Below, in pieces: positions 33,127 to 34,298 of a DNA stretch of 34,298 nt (position 1 is the stretch's first letter; each line of letters opens with the position of its first letter). The DNA lies in contig RBNJ01000279.1 of assembly GCA_003990765.1 (NCBI GenBank), positions 1 to 34,298 on the forward strand. The letters run 5' to 3'. Position numbers and translations under genes: made by a program. The notes beneath the pieces are model-generated. The model made no database searches and was not told the origin of the DNA. It saw nothing but the letters and a program-made list of their open reading frames with translations. This DNA is from Jimgerdemannia flammicorona (taxonomy: Eukaryota).

Positions 33127-34298
33127 AGCTCCTTTCTCTGCTACCTTACTAGTCACAAGGTTTGGTAGGCAACCTTCTGAGTCCCCTTTCCCCTATTATT
33201 ACCCTCTCTACCTCGGATTGGTTTGCTATGCCTGCAGGGGCATGGTGGGAGGAGGGCAATGGTGATGAGTTGCCCCTTTATCGGTGTCAGATCGGTGCTT
33301 CCTCCACTTTTTTGCAGATTCTGGTGCCTTCAGCTGCATCTGGGGTATATCTGTTTTGGTGTGGCACCTTCTTCCTTTTGCCATTATCAACAAGATATTG
33401 TCTCAGTGTGTCTTGGGCTATGTAGGAAGTCGGCTGACCTTGGGCATCAAGTACTCAGTGTAGGTTACCTGCAGGTCCTCAGTGCCTGTAGTGGAGCCCT
33501 CTGGCTTTGGCAAGCTTCCCGGCAAGCATAGTTCTGGTGTAGGTGACTGCTTTTCAGGTGTTGTCGGGATGGGAGGGGAGATGGCTGTCACAGATAGGAG
33601 GAAGGGCAATAACGGTGAACCAGTAGGGTGCCAGGCTGGGGGTGGTCATTGGGGCTGGGGCAGGTGCTGCTTTGATGGGACCTTTTGATTGGTGCAGTAT
33701 AGTTAGGTGGTAGGTATCACTATCGGCTTCTTTTGGTAGTCAGCGGGGTTGGGCCCCAGTCATCAGGGGGGGTCAGGAGGCCTGAGGCTACCCATTTCAG
33801 ATATCTTGGCTATACTCAACTAGAACCAGGAGCTGATATAGCAATGTGATCAAGACCCACAGGCTTGAGTAGTGGGGTATTGGGGGTTTCCTCCCACCTC
33901 ATGTGTAAGTCCTTTACTCACCTTGACTGGGAGAACCAGGCCCTACCCACTGTATTGTACTTTGATGAGAGTTTTTTCTTTACCTGTCATTCTCTTTGGG
34001 GTGGCAGGAGCTATTCTATTCAGCTCGGGCATGGCCTTGTACATATGTTGGGTTCTCAGGTGTGCACTTTCGGTCATTGGCATATAGTTGGGTTTCCCCT
34101 GGTGGTAGGGAGAGCATGGTGTGCAGAATGAGGTACAGGCCTAATCGGCCCTGCTGCACCTGGTATGGTCGAGCTGCTGGATAATAGCTAGCCTAGGTTA
34201 ATGGGGGGGCAGTGCTTGGTGGGTAGTGGGGGAGGTTTTTGGCCTATATAGTCTAGGTTCCCTTCCAATAAAAATCTGTGGAACATAAGTCTGTTAAA
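33127..34298 (+). mobile_element. Probable 5'-truncated L1-like LINE (third family), ORF2 C-terminus plus long 3' region
   Basis: VLPPLFCRFW..LHLGY resembles the PPKFW..LGY block of the other LINEs. CLGLC-x7-H-x4-C (33409-33461, needs a 1-nt indel). G-rich plus strand; AATAAA at 34267. Poly(A) and TSD are not visible in the window. Confidence 0.5.

Noticed and set aside
33865..34131. TCHSLWGG..TFGHW resembling the tyrosine recombinase HSLR..GRW motif (DIRS/Ngaro)
   Set aside because: It needs two assumed back-mutations, the spacing is longer than usual, and I find no catalytic Tyr or upstream Arg box.
1..34298. Alternative genetic code or stop read-through to explain the many in-frame stops
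   Set aside because: TAA, TAG and TGA all occur at positions expected to be Gln, Trp or Arg, alongside missense transitions in catalytic motifs, which is consistent with mutational decay.

Overview
This window has no host gene. It is a heterochromatin-like stack of nested, decayed retroelements, most likely from a fungal genome (inferred from the chromovirus, the dUTPase-bearing Ty3/gypsy elements and RIP-like C>T decay). The nesting was reconstructed from target-site duplications (TSDs) and restored reading frames. The oldest layer is a very AT-rich Ty1/copia RT-RNaseH relic fused to a Ty3/gypsy relic (29976-32999). Into it inserted members of a long-LTR Ty3/gypsy family 'C': a 5' LTR at 28442-29975 whose body runs leftwards to ~4694 and beyond, a solo LTR at 30902-32510, and an LTR fragment from 33000. 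Element C was then hit by three elements: a complete related element 'B' (18495-25231, minus), a complete chromovirus 'A' (4905-17750, plus) and an L1-clade LINE (1-~4693, minus). The 5' LTR of A holds a full-length LINE (5294-12030), which itself holds a 5'-truncated LINE (5932-6885). All three Ty3/gypsy elements encode dUTPase, in two different positions. The most striking observation is an uncharacterised accessory ORF that sits in the env position (after integrase) in B, while a recognisable homologue lies inside the ~1.55-kb LTR (U3) of family C. All alignments and counts were done by eye.
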